Of a stretch of DNA of 64,000 nt, positions 23,121 through 36,196 are shown one piece after another. The notes under the pieces are model-generated. The model did no database searches. It was not told the origin of the DNA and saw only the letters and a list, made by a program, of their open reading frames with translations. Made by a program: the position numbers and the translations under genes. Location: assembly GCA_046563655.1 (NCBI GenBank), contig CM102284.1, forward strand, positions 1,612,001-1,676,000, written 5' to 3'. The DNA comes from Yuukianura sp. NJ FZ-2021 (taxonomy: Eukaryota). Within the stretch, counting starts at the first letter, position 1. Each line of letters begins with the position of its first letter.

Positions 23121-23347
23121 TTAGAGTTGTAATTTATGTTAAACAAAACTTTAGGATTGTAGTGTTCCCGACTCTAATTGAGACAAAAAGTTCTCAATTA
23201 CTACAAAACAAGTTTATTTTTAATTTTTTTTTAATTTTTGTAAAATTGCCGGTTTAAGTTGATCTCACTGTTTCACTTGACATGGTTCTGCTGCGTATAA
23301 AAAGGAAACTATCGTCAGTTTCTCTGTTGCATTTAATTAAAAAAAAG

Positions 23348-25143
23348 TTAAAAATAATTTTCTGATTCCTTACATTTCTTTGCTACGTACGCGTCCACCA
23401 CTACCCTTACTAGCGGAAGAACAGTTTGTACCAACTTCTTCACTATAGAAAGCAAAGTACAAAAACAAATAAAAAATTCTCAATGTTTTTAGAAAATTCG
23501 AAAAGAAAGGAAATTATACTCACAAAATCCTCCTCTTTTTTTCTTGGAGTTTTGCATTGCTGCTCGTTGTTCCTTCAGTTCATTTTCTAGTTGGGCCAAT
23601 CTAGCAGTTGTTTCTCTTTCTAACGCATCTTTTTGTTGTTGAATTTGTTCCATTTCTTGCAGAATTCGTCTCCGTTCAGACTCTTGGTCCGATTTTAAAT
23701 TTGCCATTTGCTCGGCCATTCCCGCCAAAATATTCTCAAACCGATTGCAGTTCTTGTCAGATTCGGCTTTGACAGAAGCCATCTCTGCTTTACTATTGTT
23801 CAGTTGAACGTAAAATTCAAACGTTCGCTTTATGTCTTCAGTGAGAGCGTCCAAATATTCTCGGGTAATCGATGCATCTCCGATTTTTTTTAATCCTTTG
23901 AAAAGTTCTATGCTTTCCTTCATCAGTTGCCTGAAATACAGAAATTTTTGAACAATTAGATTTTTTTTAATTGAAATTTTATATTTTAAGAAATTCAAAT
24001 ACGTGTGGAAATCGAACAGCCGATCACGTGGAACTCCAGCATTGTCGTTTCTTTGTAAAAACTCCTTCAATTTTCGGTCGTAGTTTTTGATTGCAGCGTC
24101 TTTTGCTACTTCATGCTGAGCTTCAGCAGTAGATTGGTACAAAGTTTTAGTTTCTGGAATATTCTGAGTCAACGCATGCGCCCATCCCTCTACCAGAACT
24201 TGCAGTTGCCTCCCAGTCACGGCATGACCTCGGATGACCTTGGGAATAAGCTTGTCAGGGTTCAAAACGGTGGCGGTCAATTGTTCAAGATGCCGAACAA
24301 ATTCTGGTTCGACTTTTTTCAAATGAAAGTTTCCGTTTCGTGCCAATTCCTGTCCAGGATGCGGCATCAAGTAGACTCCGACAGACTCAAAACTGTCCAG
24401 GATCATCTCATGGACAAATTTTACTTCTGGAGGACTTCCTTTCTGGGGATTGATGAAATCCCTTTTAAAATTTTTCCCGCCACTGGATACATGGTCGTCA
24501 TAGTAACCATAGGAGTAGTCACCATGTTCAAAGTCTCGAACGAGGAACATAAGCTTTTGAAAAGGCTCGCTTTGGACTTCAGCATCTTCAACTCCAAGAC
24601 GGGCAAATCCGGCAAAAAATTGCAAAAATTGCAAAATGTCTTCGCTGATTTGGTTTTTGACGTTGAAAATAAGATGTGAGGATAGGAGCGAGCACAAGGA
24701 AAAAACGATTGCGTTTTCTTGCATTGTCGTTTGATTGTCAAAACTGCCTTGACTGTCTACCATCAGCAGAGCAATCCTAGAGCCTGACAATTCAAAAACA
24801 ATTTTAAAAAATTTTTTGTTTTCTTTTTTTGAATTTTTGTTATACCGTCAGATTTTTGAAGAATGAACGGTTCTCCCCAGATATATATTCCTGTTGTTTC
24901 GGGCTTGGTTCCGGATCGATACTTGAAGAAATCTTCGAGCGGATCTTCAATCCAATTCTGTTTTCCGGGAGATTTCAAAAAACGCAGAAAAACGGAGAGT
25001 AGAAAGGACTTTCCATGACGCAGCGGTCCGCAGATAGAGTAAATGGCAACCGGCAAATCTCCAACCGTTTTCAAAATTGAATTCAAACCTTCAGCGTTTA
25101 GTTCGTACTTTTCTCCAATTCTGCTGTAAATTTGAACCGCCAT
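23348..25143 (-). CDS. Atlastin/guanylate-binding-protein (GB1/RHD3) family large GTPase lacking the TM hairpin
   Basis: G1 GPLRHGKS, G2 PETTG, G3 DSQG, G4 LVRD, LMPHPG; helical bundle, coiled coil, then KKKRGGFLKKLVQTVLPLVRVVV in the last exon; 4 exons. Confidence 0.85.
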
Positions 25144-25593
25144 TGTTAGGTAGCCACAGTAGTTCGCAACGCTATTTGTTTTTGTCCAAGAGCTGAAATG
25201 AAGTTGAAGTGAAGAGTTCAATTTAACTTGAATCCGGAATCTGCTCAAATCAAATGCAAAGAAGTGCAAATTTGCAAACAAAAGCTACTATAGCAAAAAA
25301 TTATCTTTTGATTTCTGCGAAAATGATGATATGCGGTTTTCTTAGTCATTGTGTCAACACTTTAGTTGTGACTCCATGAAACACATAAGTTTTCTGCACA
25401 CAACAAAACATGAAAATGACTCACCATTTTCAATTTAATTGAACTCTGTCAAGTAATTCCTAGTTTACGTTGTGTTTTATTTATATAAAACTCAGCTTAT
25501 AATAATCCTATGCACTTTATACTACTATATGATTAGTATGCATTTCAATTCTAAAGAAATTTAGACTGATATAAAAGAGTCAAGTAATAATAT

Positions 25594-25693
25594 NNNNNNN
25601 NNNNNNNNNNNNNNNNNNNNNNNNNNNNNNNNNNNNNNNNNNNNNNNNNNNNNNNNNNNNNNNNNNNNNNNNNNNNNNNNNNNNNNNNNNNNN
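25594..25693. other. Assembly gap (100 N)
   Basis: Run of N. Confidence 1.
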
Positions 25694-25804
25694 ATATCCG
25701 ATAGGGTTGACGAGGCTTTGAATCATGTTAACCGTTTTTTCTTTTTCAAATTTTTTTTTAAAACTAGCGAAACAGTTTTTTTTACTTTAGTTTAATTCGA
25801 AACG

Positions 25805-26956
25805 TTATTTTTTGGCTAAGTTTGTCCATTCGGCAGTTTCCGGAAAGAGGCCTTTCATTGCTTGATTAATTTTGCGGTAAAATTTGATTTCAGATTCCAC
25901 CCAACTGAACCATTCCCGTACACTTCCATCGTAGCCCTGATTCATGACATTAGTTGATCCATTAGCCGAAGAGGTAGAAATATTGTTTAGCAAATCACAA
26001 TTTGGCCCAATCGGTATTTCTAGAACCAGGAAACAAGAAGGAAGTTTTTAGTATCATTTTCAAGCGCGGCATTTAACATCTAAATATTTATACCTTTACT
26101 GGTAGATCTGGCTACGCAATTGAGGCTGCACAAGTTTGGATACTCAATGATGTTGCCAGAAGGACCGAAGACACACAGTGGGCGCTTTATTCCAGGACAA
26201 ACACAAGATGGAGTCTGAAAAAGTTAAAAAAAAAAACGATGAAAATCAAATTGGGAAGAAAGAGAGTTAGAAGCGTGCACCGCACTTACAGCTCCCTCGA
26301 CAGAATAAACGAGTTCCATCATGAGTCCATTTGCCCTGTTCCAAATTTTGGATTCTTTGCGTGCGTCGACAATCCACTCCTGAGTGGTCCAATTTCCAAT
26401 ACCTTCAAATACCTATTACATATCGTTTTGTATTCTACTAATTAAAAAAATGTTTCATTTAATTAATAATTCGAATAAATTAGTAAACTCTTACATCATT
26501 TTCGCTCCCGCATTTGAAACGCGGAACAATTTCAAACTCTGTATGCAAAACATGTAAAGAAAAAATTATAAAGTCACCAACTTTTTAAACAAATATATTC
26601 CAAAACAGGAAGTTGCCAGGTCTGCAAATGGAGCTTACCTTTGATTTGTTTCAGCTGCACTGCGCATGACGCAACACAAAGATTTGGGTACACGATGGTA
26701 GTATTTCCGGACGGTCCGATTCCACAAACTTCTCTTTTGAAATTCGGACAGTAACAACTAGAACCGAACTGAAAATAAAATAAAGCGAATTGTTAATTTC
26801 CGGTAGAATAAGCTGGTTAATTAAAGTTTACTAATTAATTAAACTAAAAGTAAAATTACAAATTAAGAAAGATTGTATTTAACGTACGTCTAACGCAGTC
26901 GCACAAGTTATGCTTCCCAGCACAAACGTTGTCAACAGAATCACAGTAAAAGTCAT
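25805..26956 (-). CDS. Secreted double-Kazal-like protein, paralog of 15188-16465
   Basis: Signal MTFTVILLTTFVLGSITC; CYCPNFKREVCGIGPSGNTTIVYPNLCVASC; ARKESKIWNRANGLMMELVY; CVCPGIKRPLCVFGPSGNIIEYPNLCSLNC; EWFSWVESEIKFYRKINQAMKGLF. Confidence 0.75.
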
Positions 26957-27552
26957 GTCGAAGTTATAAGGCTTTGCTAATCTCCTCATTGAAACAAATT
27001 AATTTAAATATTTTATATAATTTGAATTAAATAACGAATAATTAATATTTTTTCGTTAACTAAACGAAATTAGTAAACAGCTAAAAAGTTCTGAAAGTTT
27101 TGGTGTATTTATGCATGAAAAATGGGGTGAAAAAATTGCAAAAGAGTCGCTCGTTGTCGTGTATGAATTTAATTAATTTTTCTCTCAAAATTTCCAGTTT
27201 TTGACGCAATCCTAAATTGTATAATAGAAATGCATGGAGCAAAATGAGGTCAAACATCTGGAGAACTTTAAGCAAGAAACTTGTTCCAGTTTCGAAAAAA
27301 AATTGGAAAGGAAAAAACTAAATTTTGAAGAGGGACGATTATGAAATCAATTTAGCACAAAAAAACATTAACACATGAAAAGAGAAACAGAAAAGAATTA
27401 GCCTAATTAAGTTAGTTAAATGCGTCATTGGCCTTAGTATTAGTTAAGTCAATTCAATGTAATCGAAGTTAAGTTTAAGTAAGTTGTAATTGTGTTGATG
27501 AGTGTTGATTATTTCGAAAAATAGGCCACAATTATTTCAATTTTGGATATCA

Positions 27553-28639
27553 TTATCTCGGCGAATGGAATCCACTCGTTCCGTCTGGCCCTCTAGGCTG
27601 CCTCAGAATCCTTTCAGCATCAAGTTTTGACGGTGGAAAGTGGACGGGTGGTGACACAATTGGAGACGAACTGGGTCTGGATCTTGATTTTCTCTTGTTT
27701 TTGGTTTTGGACATTCCAGTGTCAATGGATCCACCATCTCCACTTTGTCCAATTGTTGGACTTTGACTGAGCAGTGGATCTGGATCACGTTTAATATCAT
27801 TCGTGGACGCAGTAGGGATAGAAATAGGAGAAGATGCTGCTCCATCCCCCATCACAGCTCGAGTGACTTTCATTTTGAGGATTTCTGCTGGTGTCATCGT
27901 GGCCTCGAGTTCAGCTTCCTTCTCCTCTTCTAGAAATCTAACGTCTCCTAATATCCGCATCCGTGCTTCGCTGTATTCCTTCTCACGCTGTTTGTAAGGT
28001 AGAAAATGACGAAAATGAAACCCACACCAAAGTTTTTCATGTATCTTGTAAAACGTTTGAGTTTACCTGTGCAAACGTTTTGGTCGTTGTGACTTGCTTC
28101 TTTTCCTTGCGAGACGAACTGGCAGCGGCATTTGGAGTAGGAGAATTCTTAGGCCGAGCAAGAATTTTTAGCTGAGGTACAAACTGCGTTCGTAAACTCT
28201 CTTCTGTTGTACTGTCCAATTGAATCCCGGGAGAATTAAAATTGGCATTGGCAGGAATACCTACGGAAACAAGTACAAAACAAAAGATCATCGTGGTAGA
28301 ACAACACTGAATCAAGGCGTTTAGGTGTGCTAATTATGAACTTACCGACAGTAGCGGGGTCTTGACTTCGACGTAAAATGCGAAACTGTGGAGCTGAGTT
28401 GGGAGCAGCAGGTACATCGGTTGATGGTTGAAAACTGGCCGCTAAGGGGTCCAGTCTCGAGTGTTCGACTTTCACTTTGGAGGTATCCGGTACCATCTTC
28501 AACTTCTCTAACTGCTTCTCTAGTTTCTGAAAATTAAGGTAGTCTTTCGTTTCGTAAACATTCGAATTAAGTGAAAAATTGTCAATACCTCCGCATCTTC
28601 GCTAAATTCTTCCCAGTTCTCACATAAGGCATCACTCAT
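27553..28639 (-). CDS. SZRD1: SUZ domain-containing protein 1
   Basis: MSDALCENWEE N-terminus, PQLKILARP, KTFAQ|REKEYSEARMRILG (SUZ), ILRQPRGPDGTSGF (SUZ-C); 4 exons. Confidence 0.9.
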
Positions 28640-29129
28640 TTTCCTTCCAAAAGGTACACTCAATTGAAAAATCCTATGGTAAGCTTGGTCGATGCAACCC
28701 GACGATAGTCAGATGGTCTCCTTTCCTTTCCCGATGAAAACACAGCAGCAGACCCTGTACATAATCAGAATAAATACCCATAAGACACGTCTATCAGTTA
28801 CAGAATTAGTGGACGCTTACCAAACTCGTCACACCCACTATTACTTCGGAGGAAGCTGGATACCGATTGATATCCAGTCGAGCCGCCCTTTGTCAGCAGA
28901 TAATCATTGCCGAAGGATGCGGGAGGGGAGTATTATTAAAATCGATCAACTGTAAGTGAAGTCACAGCCAATTTCGAACAGCATAATGATAATTAAACGA
29001 AATTCAAGAAGTAATTGACCAGCAATTGAGTGGCTTATCGATGACTATGAAAAGTCAAACGTAAAAAAATCAATCCAAACTTACCCAACTACTAATGAAA
29101 CCGACGACAACCATATTACGTAGGGAGGC

Positions 29130-29480
29130 CATAGTTCGGCACTTACGCGATCCCTGCACAGCGATCCCGCGATCCCCGATCTCCGATCCCACTTTTGGGA
29201 ACGGGGAGCGCCGCTCTCCGATCTTTTGAAAAAGATCGGGGATCGGATGCAAGGGAGCGCAAGGTATTTTGCGATCTTCTTGCGATCCCGATCCCCGCTC
29301 CTAATGTTAACAGCACGGGGATCGGGGATCGGAAGCAGCGATCCTTTTCTCCCGTGACTGGATCGGGTCAGATCGCGGGGTAGGCTCAAAGATCGGGGAT
29401 CGCAGCGGGTAAGATCGCGGGGTAAGGCCAGAAGATCGGGGATCGCGTGTTTGGGAGCGCAGCAGAAGTGCCGAACTCTG
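29130..29480. mobile_element. hAT-type MITE (351 bp) with CGATCCC/GGGATCG internal repeats
   Basis: TIRs CATAGTTCGGCACTT / AAGTGCCGAACTCTG (1 mismatch); 8-bp TSD AGGGAGGC at 29122-29129 and 29481-29488. Confidence 0.92.
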
Positions 29481-31139
29481 AGGGAGGCAGCGACGACATG
29501 ACGAGAGAGGAGGTAGTTTTTTTTGCAATCTGCCAATCTCTTATGTGTGTAAAATTCAAATCCTGAGGTTCCCGCGCTTTTCGAATCCGAACTCTGCGTT
29601 GATATAAGGAGTAACGACAACAGTTAATTTTACAATGGTGTCGCCGTAGCCATAGCCAATTTAAAATTTCCAACAGATGGTTACACTAACAGGTATGTTT
29701 GTGGCAACCCATGTTGCCGTTTTTCTTCGCACTTGGACTTACCAACTTGAACGCACGTTTTCATGTCAATCCAATCTTACAGTGGATACACAAGGTACAC
29801 ATGATCCTTACTATAATCATAAATTTCTTGCAATTATTATAATTTGGTTGACGTCAGGGTAACACGACTTGCTTTGTGAGCACAAAACCGACGCAGTTCG
29901 TTTAATCGACACTTATACTGATGGAAATATTTGCCAAAATTATGAAAATTGCATAATGCGAAACATTTATCATATTTATATAAAATATATTATACAAAAA
30001 GAAAAAAGGAATTGTAAAAAAATTTAGTACTAATCTGGATTAGTCACATACTATTCACTTTTGGTATTAATATGAATATAAGATATATTTCGGATAGCTT
30101 AACTTTGGACAAAACGTTTTGTTTTGTTTGCTACAATAAAAATTTCGCATTATAAACGAAGTTCGAATAAAACTACTTTTCAAAAGCTTCAGTTTTCGTA
30201 GTTTATTTTATAAAATATTTGACAAACAGCAGCATTTACTATTTGATGGTGATTTTTAACTGCAATAGCAAAACCCACACCTTCACAGCGTGATCGCTAA
30301 AGAAAAAATAACTAATCTAGTCCTCAGATTTCCAGTACAATTCAGTGATAACTGGAATTGCCAAGATTTTCCAAATCAACTTCCAATTCAAAATGACAAA
30401 ATCAAAATATGAATACAAAATGTCACACTCCGTGTGCCAAATTTTTTTTTATAATATTTTTCCACTGCTGTCTTTTACGTTTTTGAATAAAGTAAAAATC
30501 CATTTGGAGCACTATGCGAGCACTTCAAATGAAGGTTGCAAAATTCAAAATTAACATTCCATAGCATGTTCTTTTCAGTAGAGGCCATACAGTCGCATAT
30601 GAGAAAAAATGTCAGTAAAGAAGAATTTCGTGATTTTATTTATCTGAAATTTCATTGAAATTTAGTTCAAATTTAGTAAGGCGTTGCTTTACTATTAAAA
30701 TAGAAATGAAAAAAAAAATTCTTGGTTTGATTTTTTTTCGTAACGGAATCTTTTGACCTCTAAAGTTTTGTAGAGGTCGAAGGTAAACCCCGGCCAAAAT
30801 CATGAGAAAATCGTTTTTGAAAATGATGCTTAATAATTTTATGCGTTCTGGCGAAGCGGCAAGCATAGTGGAAGTGGTGAAGCCATTACACGAAATCTTG
30901 TGCGAACTGCTTCAAAATATTTATGAATAAAGAAAACACGGCGTCTTTGTCACGTATATCAATAGTTTGAGAGACATGAGTAGTGGAGCGGCATTTTTGG
31001 TTTTGATTAACTTTACATTCCAAGGAGGCTTTAAAAACGCAGTTTCTACTCATCGCAATTTCTAGAATATTGAAATTAAACTATTTTTCTTTTGTAGAAG
31101 TTTTGTGACACTTTTGTGTTCCTTCGAAACCTGTTCAAA

Positions 31140-31931
31140 ATGCAACATGTACTTTTCATTCTGTTGGTTGCTTCGCTTACTGTAATCAACTGTCAATCTA
31201 CAACTGCAGCACCTACAACTGCTGCAACGACAACTGATACAACTACAACTGCTGCAACGACAACTGATACAACTACAACTGCTGCAACTACAACCGCAGC
31301 AACTACAACTGCTGCAACTACAACCGCAGCAACTACAACTGCTGCAACTACAACCGCAGCAACTACAACTGCTGCAACTACTACCACGCTTCCAACTACT
31401 CCGACAACTGCAGCAACTACTACCACGCCTCCAACTACTCCGACAACCCCAACAACCCCCACAACTACTCCGACAACCCCAACAACCCCCACAACTACTC
31501 CGACAACCCCCACAACTACTCCGACAACCCCGACAACCCCCACAACTACTCCGACAACCCCGACAACCCCCACAACTACTCCGACAACCCCGACAACAAC
31601 AACTATTACTACAACCACGACTACTCCTGCACCGGCAGTCACGTTACCGCCTTACAGTTAAGTTCACTGTTAATTTTTTTTATCGAAAGTTTTATTTTAA
31701 ACAATGTTTCAAACACTTCTTCAGCTGTTCCTGCTTCACCAATAACCTGCGCCCTCATACCTCGTTACACTACCAACACTGGGTATACTTGCGTTTGCGG
31801 AAACGGAATGTACACTTGTACCTCAACTGTTGGTAAGTTTTTACTCAAAAAATAAAATTTCAATTCTACAAAATTTAAAAATTGGTAGATATAAAAACTG
31901 ATATTTTATTTTCATAGTGGTCAGAGGCTGA
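31140..31931 (+). CDS. Secreted Thr/Pro-rich mucin-stalk protein with C-terminal 4-Cys mini-domain and VVRG micro-exon
   Basis: Exons 31140-31656, 31725-31832 and 31918-31931: signal peptide, TTTAA/TTP repeats, CALIPRYTTNTGYTCVCGNGMYTC, VVRG*. Confidence 0.8.
31199..31625 (+). repeat. Coding tandem repeats (ACTACAACTGCTGCA / CCGACAACC units)
   Basis: Seen directly; encodes the TTTAA and PTT repeats. Confidence 0.9.
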
Positions 31932-32457
31932 TGCAGGTAGATTTATACAACACAACGCTTACCTGTAATCATCTCAGAAATTGATTGACCTTGGAATCTT
32001 CAAATTTGTAACATGCGAATGTTGACCTAAGAATTCTGTGACTATTGATTTTTAGCATTTACGTGCTGGGCGTTTCCCCGTGAAACACGACATTAGTATC
32101 TTCAAGTTTAATTTCATTGTACGAACTAGTTTTGTTATTTAATAAATCTGCATCACGCTTTCAATGCTAAATTTGGCTACTTTATTAAACGCTGAATGCT
32201 GATTAATATCTTAATTGACCTTGTTCATTGTAGCTTCACGTGCAATGATAATTTTGCACGCTATTCCAAAAAATTCAATTCTTTAGTCCAATTTGTTTTA
32301 TGCCCAAATTCCTTTCTGTATAAATTGCTTTCAGAATTATACTTTTGTATCGTTTTCCAATTTGTGCTTTGAACAACATGTTTTTCATTCAAATGAATAT
32401 TTAAACCAATTTGGTATTTTTCCTTCACAAAGCATAATTTTTTTTTGAAAAAAAAAA

Positions 32458-35400
32458 ATGGAAATTTTGAAACTTGTGATTGTGGCGCTGGCAATTTTGG
32501 CGCCAATAAGAGTAACTTTCACTGCGGTGACAAAACCTACGTATCCCACAGTGAAAAAAGATGCGGCAGCAGTCGATGACTATTTTGGAATCAAGGTAAA
32601 ATGAAATTTTAAAAAAAGCAAAAACGTTTTTGAGGTTGAAATCATTAGCATAGTTTAAAAAGAAACTGTTTTTCAAAATTTGGAACGCAGATTCCAAATC
32701 CTTTCAAATGGCTAACAAAGGCAGACAAAAAAGCAAAAACGGCATTTATGACTGACCAGACTTCGACGACGAAGAAGTACGTCGCGCAAGTGCCCGCTGC
32801 TGACAGAAAATCAATTGAAAAATATATTGGAATGTATGAGCACGAGTCCGTTTTGAAGTTTTTGCCGCCAGTTAAAGCTGGTGACTACTTCTTCTTTCAT
32901 GATGAGTAAGCCAACAGTTCATGTTGCCGCATAAACTAAACCAATTTGACCTTGGCGTGAACTTGAACTTGTTTTTGAAATTTGGGTTTTAGGTTTGAAA
33001 ATAAAGTGTTTGTTCAAAAAGGTTTGAAGGGAAAAGCTACCGTTTTCCTCTCCGAAAAAAGCGACACTTTAAAAATTGCTGGCGGAAGAATAATAATTGA
33101 AGCGCCAACTTCTAATGGAGAAACTGTGGCGTATGCCTTCAGCTCATGCTTTACTATCGTATGTTACAGTACAGTCAAATTCAAAACTACCGCCACAGGA
33201 AAAGACTTGACAGACACTCTACTTAATGTCGAAAGCATTCAACACTTTTCGTGAGTTTAAAACTTCAACTTGGCGCGAATTGAAAAATTTGAATTCATTT
33301 ACCTCCATTCTGATTTTGAAAATGTAGGGACGCGTTGGCTTGGAACACGGATGGATCAGGGCTGTACTATCTCGTAAGTGTTAGCACGTCATTTAGACGA
33401 ATGAAATTCTCCGAAACACATTACTGCGAAACAATTTACTCCGAATGGTAATTAACTTCCCAAAGTCATTATAAAGTAAAAAATTGGGTTATGTTGTGTC
33501 AGAAATCATAAAGTTAGGTATGGTTATTCTAAACATCATTATGCTAGGTTTGATTAAGCCCGAAAACATGGAGGTTAGGTTTTTTTGTTTAACAACTACT
33601 TTTCGGAGTAAAACTATTCGCAGCACCTTATTCGAAGTAATGTATTTCGGAGAAATTCGTTCGGAGAAATGGCATTTAATTATGGTAAGTATCAGTGGAT
33701 AGAGAAAAATTCTATAAATTCCAAAAAATCATATCAGAATTTAAAAAAAAAGATAACGTTAGTGTACAATGCTTAAATTTTCCAACCCTTAGACTAATTC
33801 TGCAACTCCTGCTTCTCCGCCAAAAACAAAAGGAAAAGGTAAGAAGACTTTTCTTTTCCACCATACGATGGGCACCAAACAATCTGAAGATGTTTTGATT
33901 GCTGAGCTTCCACACATCAGTATTAGGTATAAGTGAAATCAGAAAAAAAGATAAAAAATATTTTGTGTATAAGAAATAAATTATTAAACAAAATTTTTGT
34001 TTTTCAAAATTTTTAGTGCAATGAAGTACTCTGATGACGGCCAATACTTAGCATTAGTGTACGACCATCATGTTTTATTCGAGCTAAATCCAAAAATGGC
34101 AGAGAAAATGAAAAACGATGAATCACAAGTTTACGTTTTGGAGTTGTGCGCCAATGGAAAGGCACCGTGCAAACCTACCAAAGACAAGAAACCAAAAATT
34201 ACCAAAATTCCTATTGGCGAGGGTTTGCTCCACGTAACTTTTACATTTCAAATTTTTTTTATATAACTCGATTTACAATCAATATTAGTACTTAAATATT
34301 AGTTGAAATGTACTTTTATTTATACTTAGTTTATAATATACGTTAATATAGTTTCTTGGCAACATTGGAACACAGCTCTACTTTTTTTTCGAATCTGAAG
34401 AGGATCATTGGAACAATAAAGTTTTGCATTTCGAAGTCGCCAACCACAAGCCCAAAGATTGGAAAGCTGTGGACGTAGCACCTAAAGGTTCCGAACTGGA
34501 AATTTTGCATGCGAAAATGATAAACAGGTTATTTCAATATACATTATTTATTTTTACACATTAATTAATTTAAATACAATGTAATTTTGTTATTTATAGC
34601 GAATACCTCTTTCTGGATGCTGCTAATATGGAACACGAAGAAACGCAAATACTGTACAACATCAAAACCAAAACTGCAAAAGAGCTTCCCCTTCGACATG
34701 GTCACTTCTTTGGGTTGTCAGCATTTCGCAAAGATCCGAATGTTATTTTCGAAGTTTCGACTATGGTTTCAAAAGCTGAGGCATTTGTGGTGGATACTAC
34801 TAAAACTCCATTAAAACTTGAGGTGAACATACATGAATCATTTATTATATTATTTTTATTCTTATACTTTATATTTATTCATATTTTAAATATTTTGCCC
34901 AGAAATTGCAACTTCCTGGAGCCGCAACAGATCCCTTTCGAGATACGCTTGTTTATGAAGACAAAAACTACACTTCACATGGAACTCAATTTCCAATGTT
35001 GTTGGCTCATCCACAGGTAAAAGATCTTTGGCATGCTCAAACAAACCAAAATTTTGACAGAAATTTTCAAATTTTTTTTTTAGAATTTCAAAAAAGACGG
35101 GAAAGCACCAATGCTATTGGTTCTTCAGTCGAGTGCTACAGCTACGATGACACCTTGCTCACTCAAAACAATGTTTACTCCGTTCATGGAACTATTTGGT
35201 GGCATTGTTGGTTTGGTTTCCGTTGAGATCCCAGAGTACGTCAAAAATGCTTTCAAAATTTGAAAATATTTCAGGCGCCAAAATTTTTTTGAATACAAAT
35301 GTCGTTTCAGACTACAGCTTAGTCCGCTTCCTCCAACACAAACTTCAGTAGAAAGTGCTGCTGCTGCTATTGAACTCCTTGTGAAAGAGAAATACGCTGA

Positions 35401-36196
35401 TAAAAACCGGTTGGTTGTCGTTCCAGAATTTAGCGAATTCAACGCCTTGATTGGTGCGCTGATTAATCAGCGTCCGGATTTAGTCGGAGCAGCGCTCCTT
35501 ATTGATCCACATTTACCATCAGCAAACATCCTCGACTACGATTCAAAAACACTGAAATGGATGCTGGAACATTCCTCCAAGTATTTTTTTTCGAATTTCA
35601 AGAAACCGTTCTAAAAATATTATGTTTCTTTCAAATTTTGGATTTAGAGCGCTAGATTTGAATCCATTTTACAAGGACAAAGCCACCACAAAGGAATTTT
35701 CTGCAATGTCGGCCGTCAGCAACATCAAGGCTCCAAAAGATACTAGCGTCCAGTACCCGGCAGTTTTCATTTTAGACCTTGGAACTGAAGATGCAATGAG
35801 ATATATAGCACAACTCCAAAGTGAATTGGGAAAACAGGTGAATTTACGTTTTTAAAGTTGTAATAATTAAAAAAATTGAAATAAAAATAGTCTTCTTCAG
35901 CACGTCGTAGACTTGCGTCTCCAGAAGACTAAAACGAAGGTTTTTTTTTGCTTTTACTGAACACTTCAACTGTACAATTTTAGGCAAAACCGTTTCTGGC
36001 CAAATTTCCTGTGGGTGCAGTGACTACTACTAAATCAATGGTAATTTCATAAAAATATTATTTTAATTTTTTTTCCAATTCCCAAATTTTGGAAAACTTT
36101 GTTTTTTCGTTACAGGAAGATGCTCAGACTGAGCAAATTGCAGACATGTTTAGCTTTCTGGCGTTGTCATTGGACTATAAAATAGTGACCAAATAA
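32458..36196 (+). CDS. Prolyl oligopeptidase (S9A)-like protein with signal peptide and lost catalytic motifs, many exons
   Basis: MEILKLVIVALAILAP..YPTVKKDAAAVDDYFGIK|IPNPFKWL; AWNTDGSGLYY; HTMGTKQSEDVLI; YSDDGQYL; LVKEKYADKNRL; INQRPDLVGAA; QYPAVFI; EQIADMFSFL; stop 36196. Confidence 0.8.
33382..33675. mobile_element. Degenerate third member of the foldback family, in an intron of the POP-like gene
   Basis: Starts TAGCACGTCATT (cf. CGTAGCACGCCATT) and ends AAATGGCAT; arms of CTCCGAA / TTCGGAG; internal GGAGGTTAGGTT. Confidence 0.5.

Noticed and set aside
29070-29673. Several overlapping ORFs of 60-179 aa
   Set aside because: They arise from the stop-poor GC-rich MITE and show no protein motifs.
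31193-31642. 149-aa poly-Val ORF on the minus strand
   Set aside because: Antisense shadow of the Thr-rich repeat.
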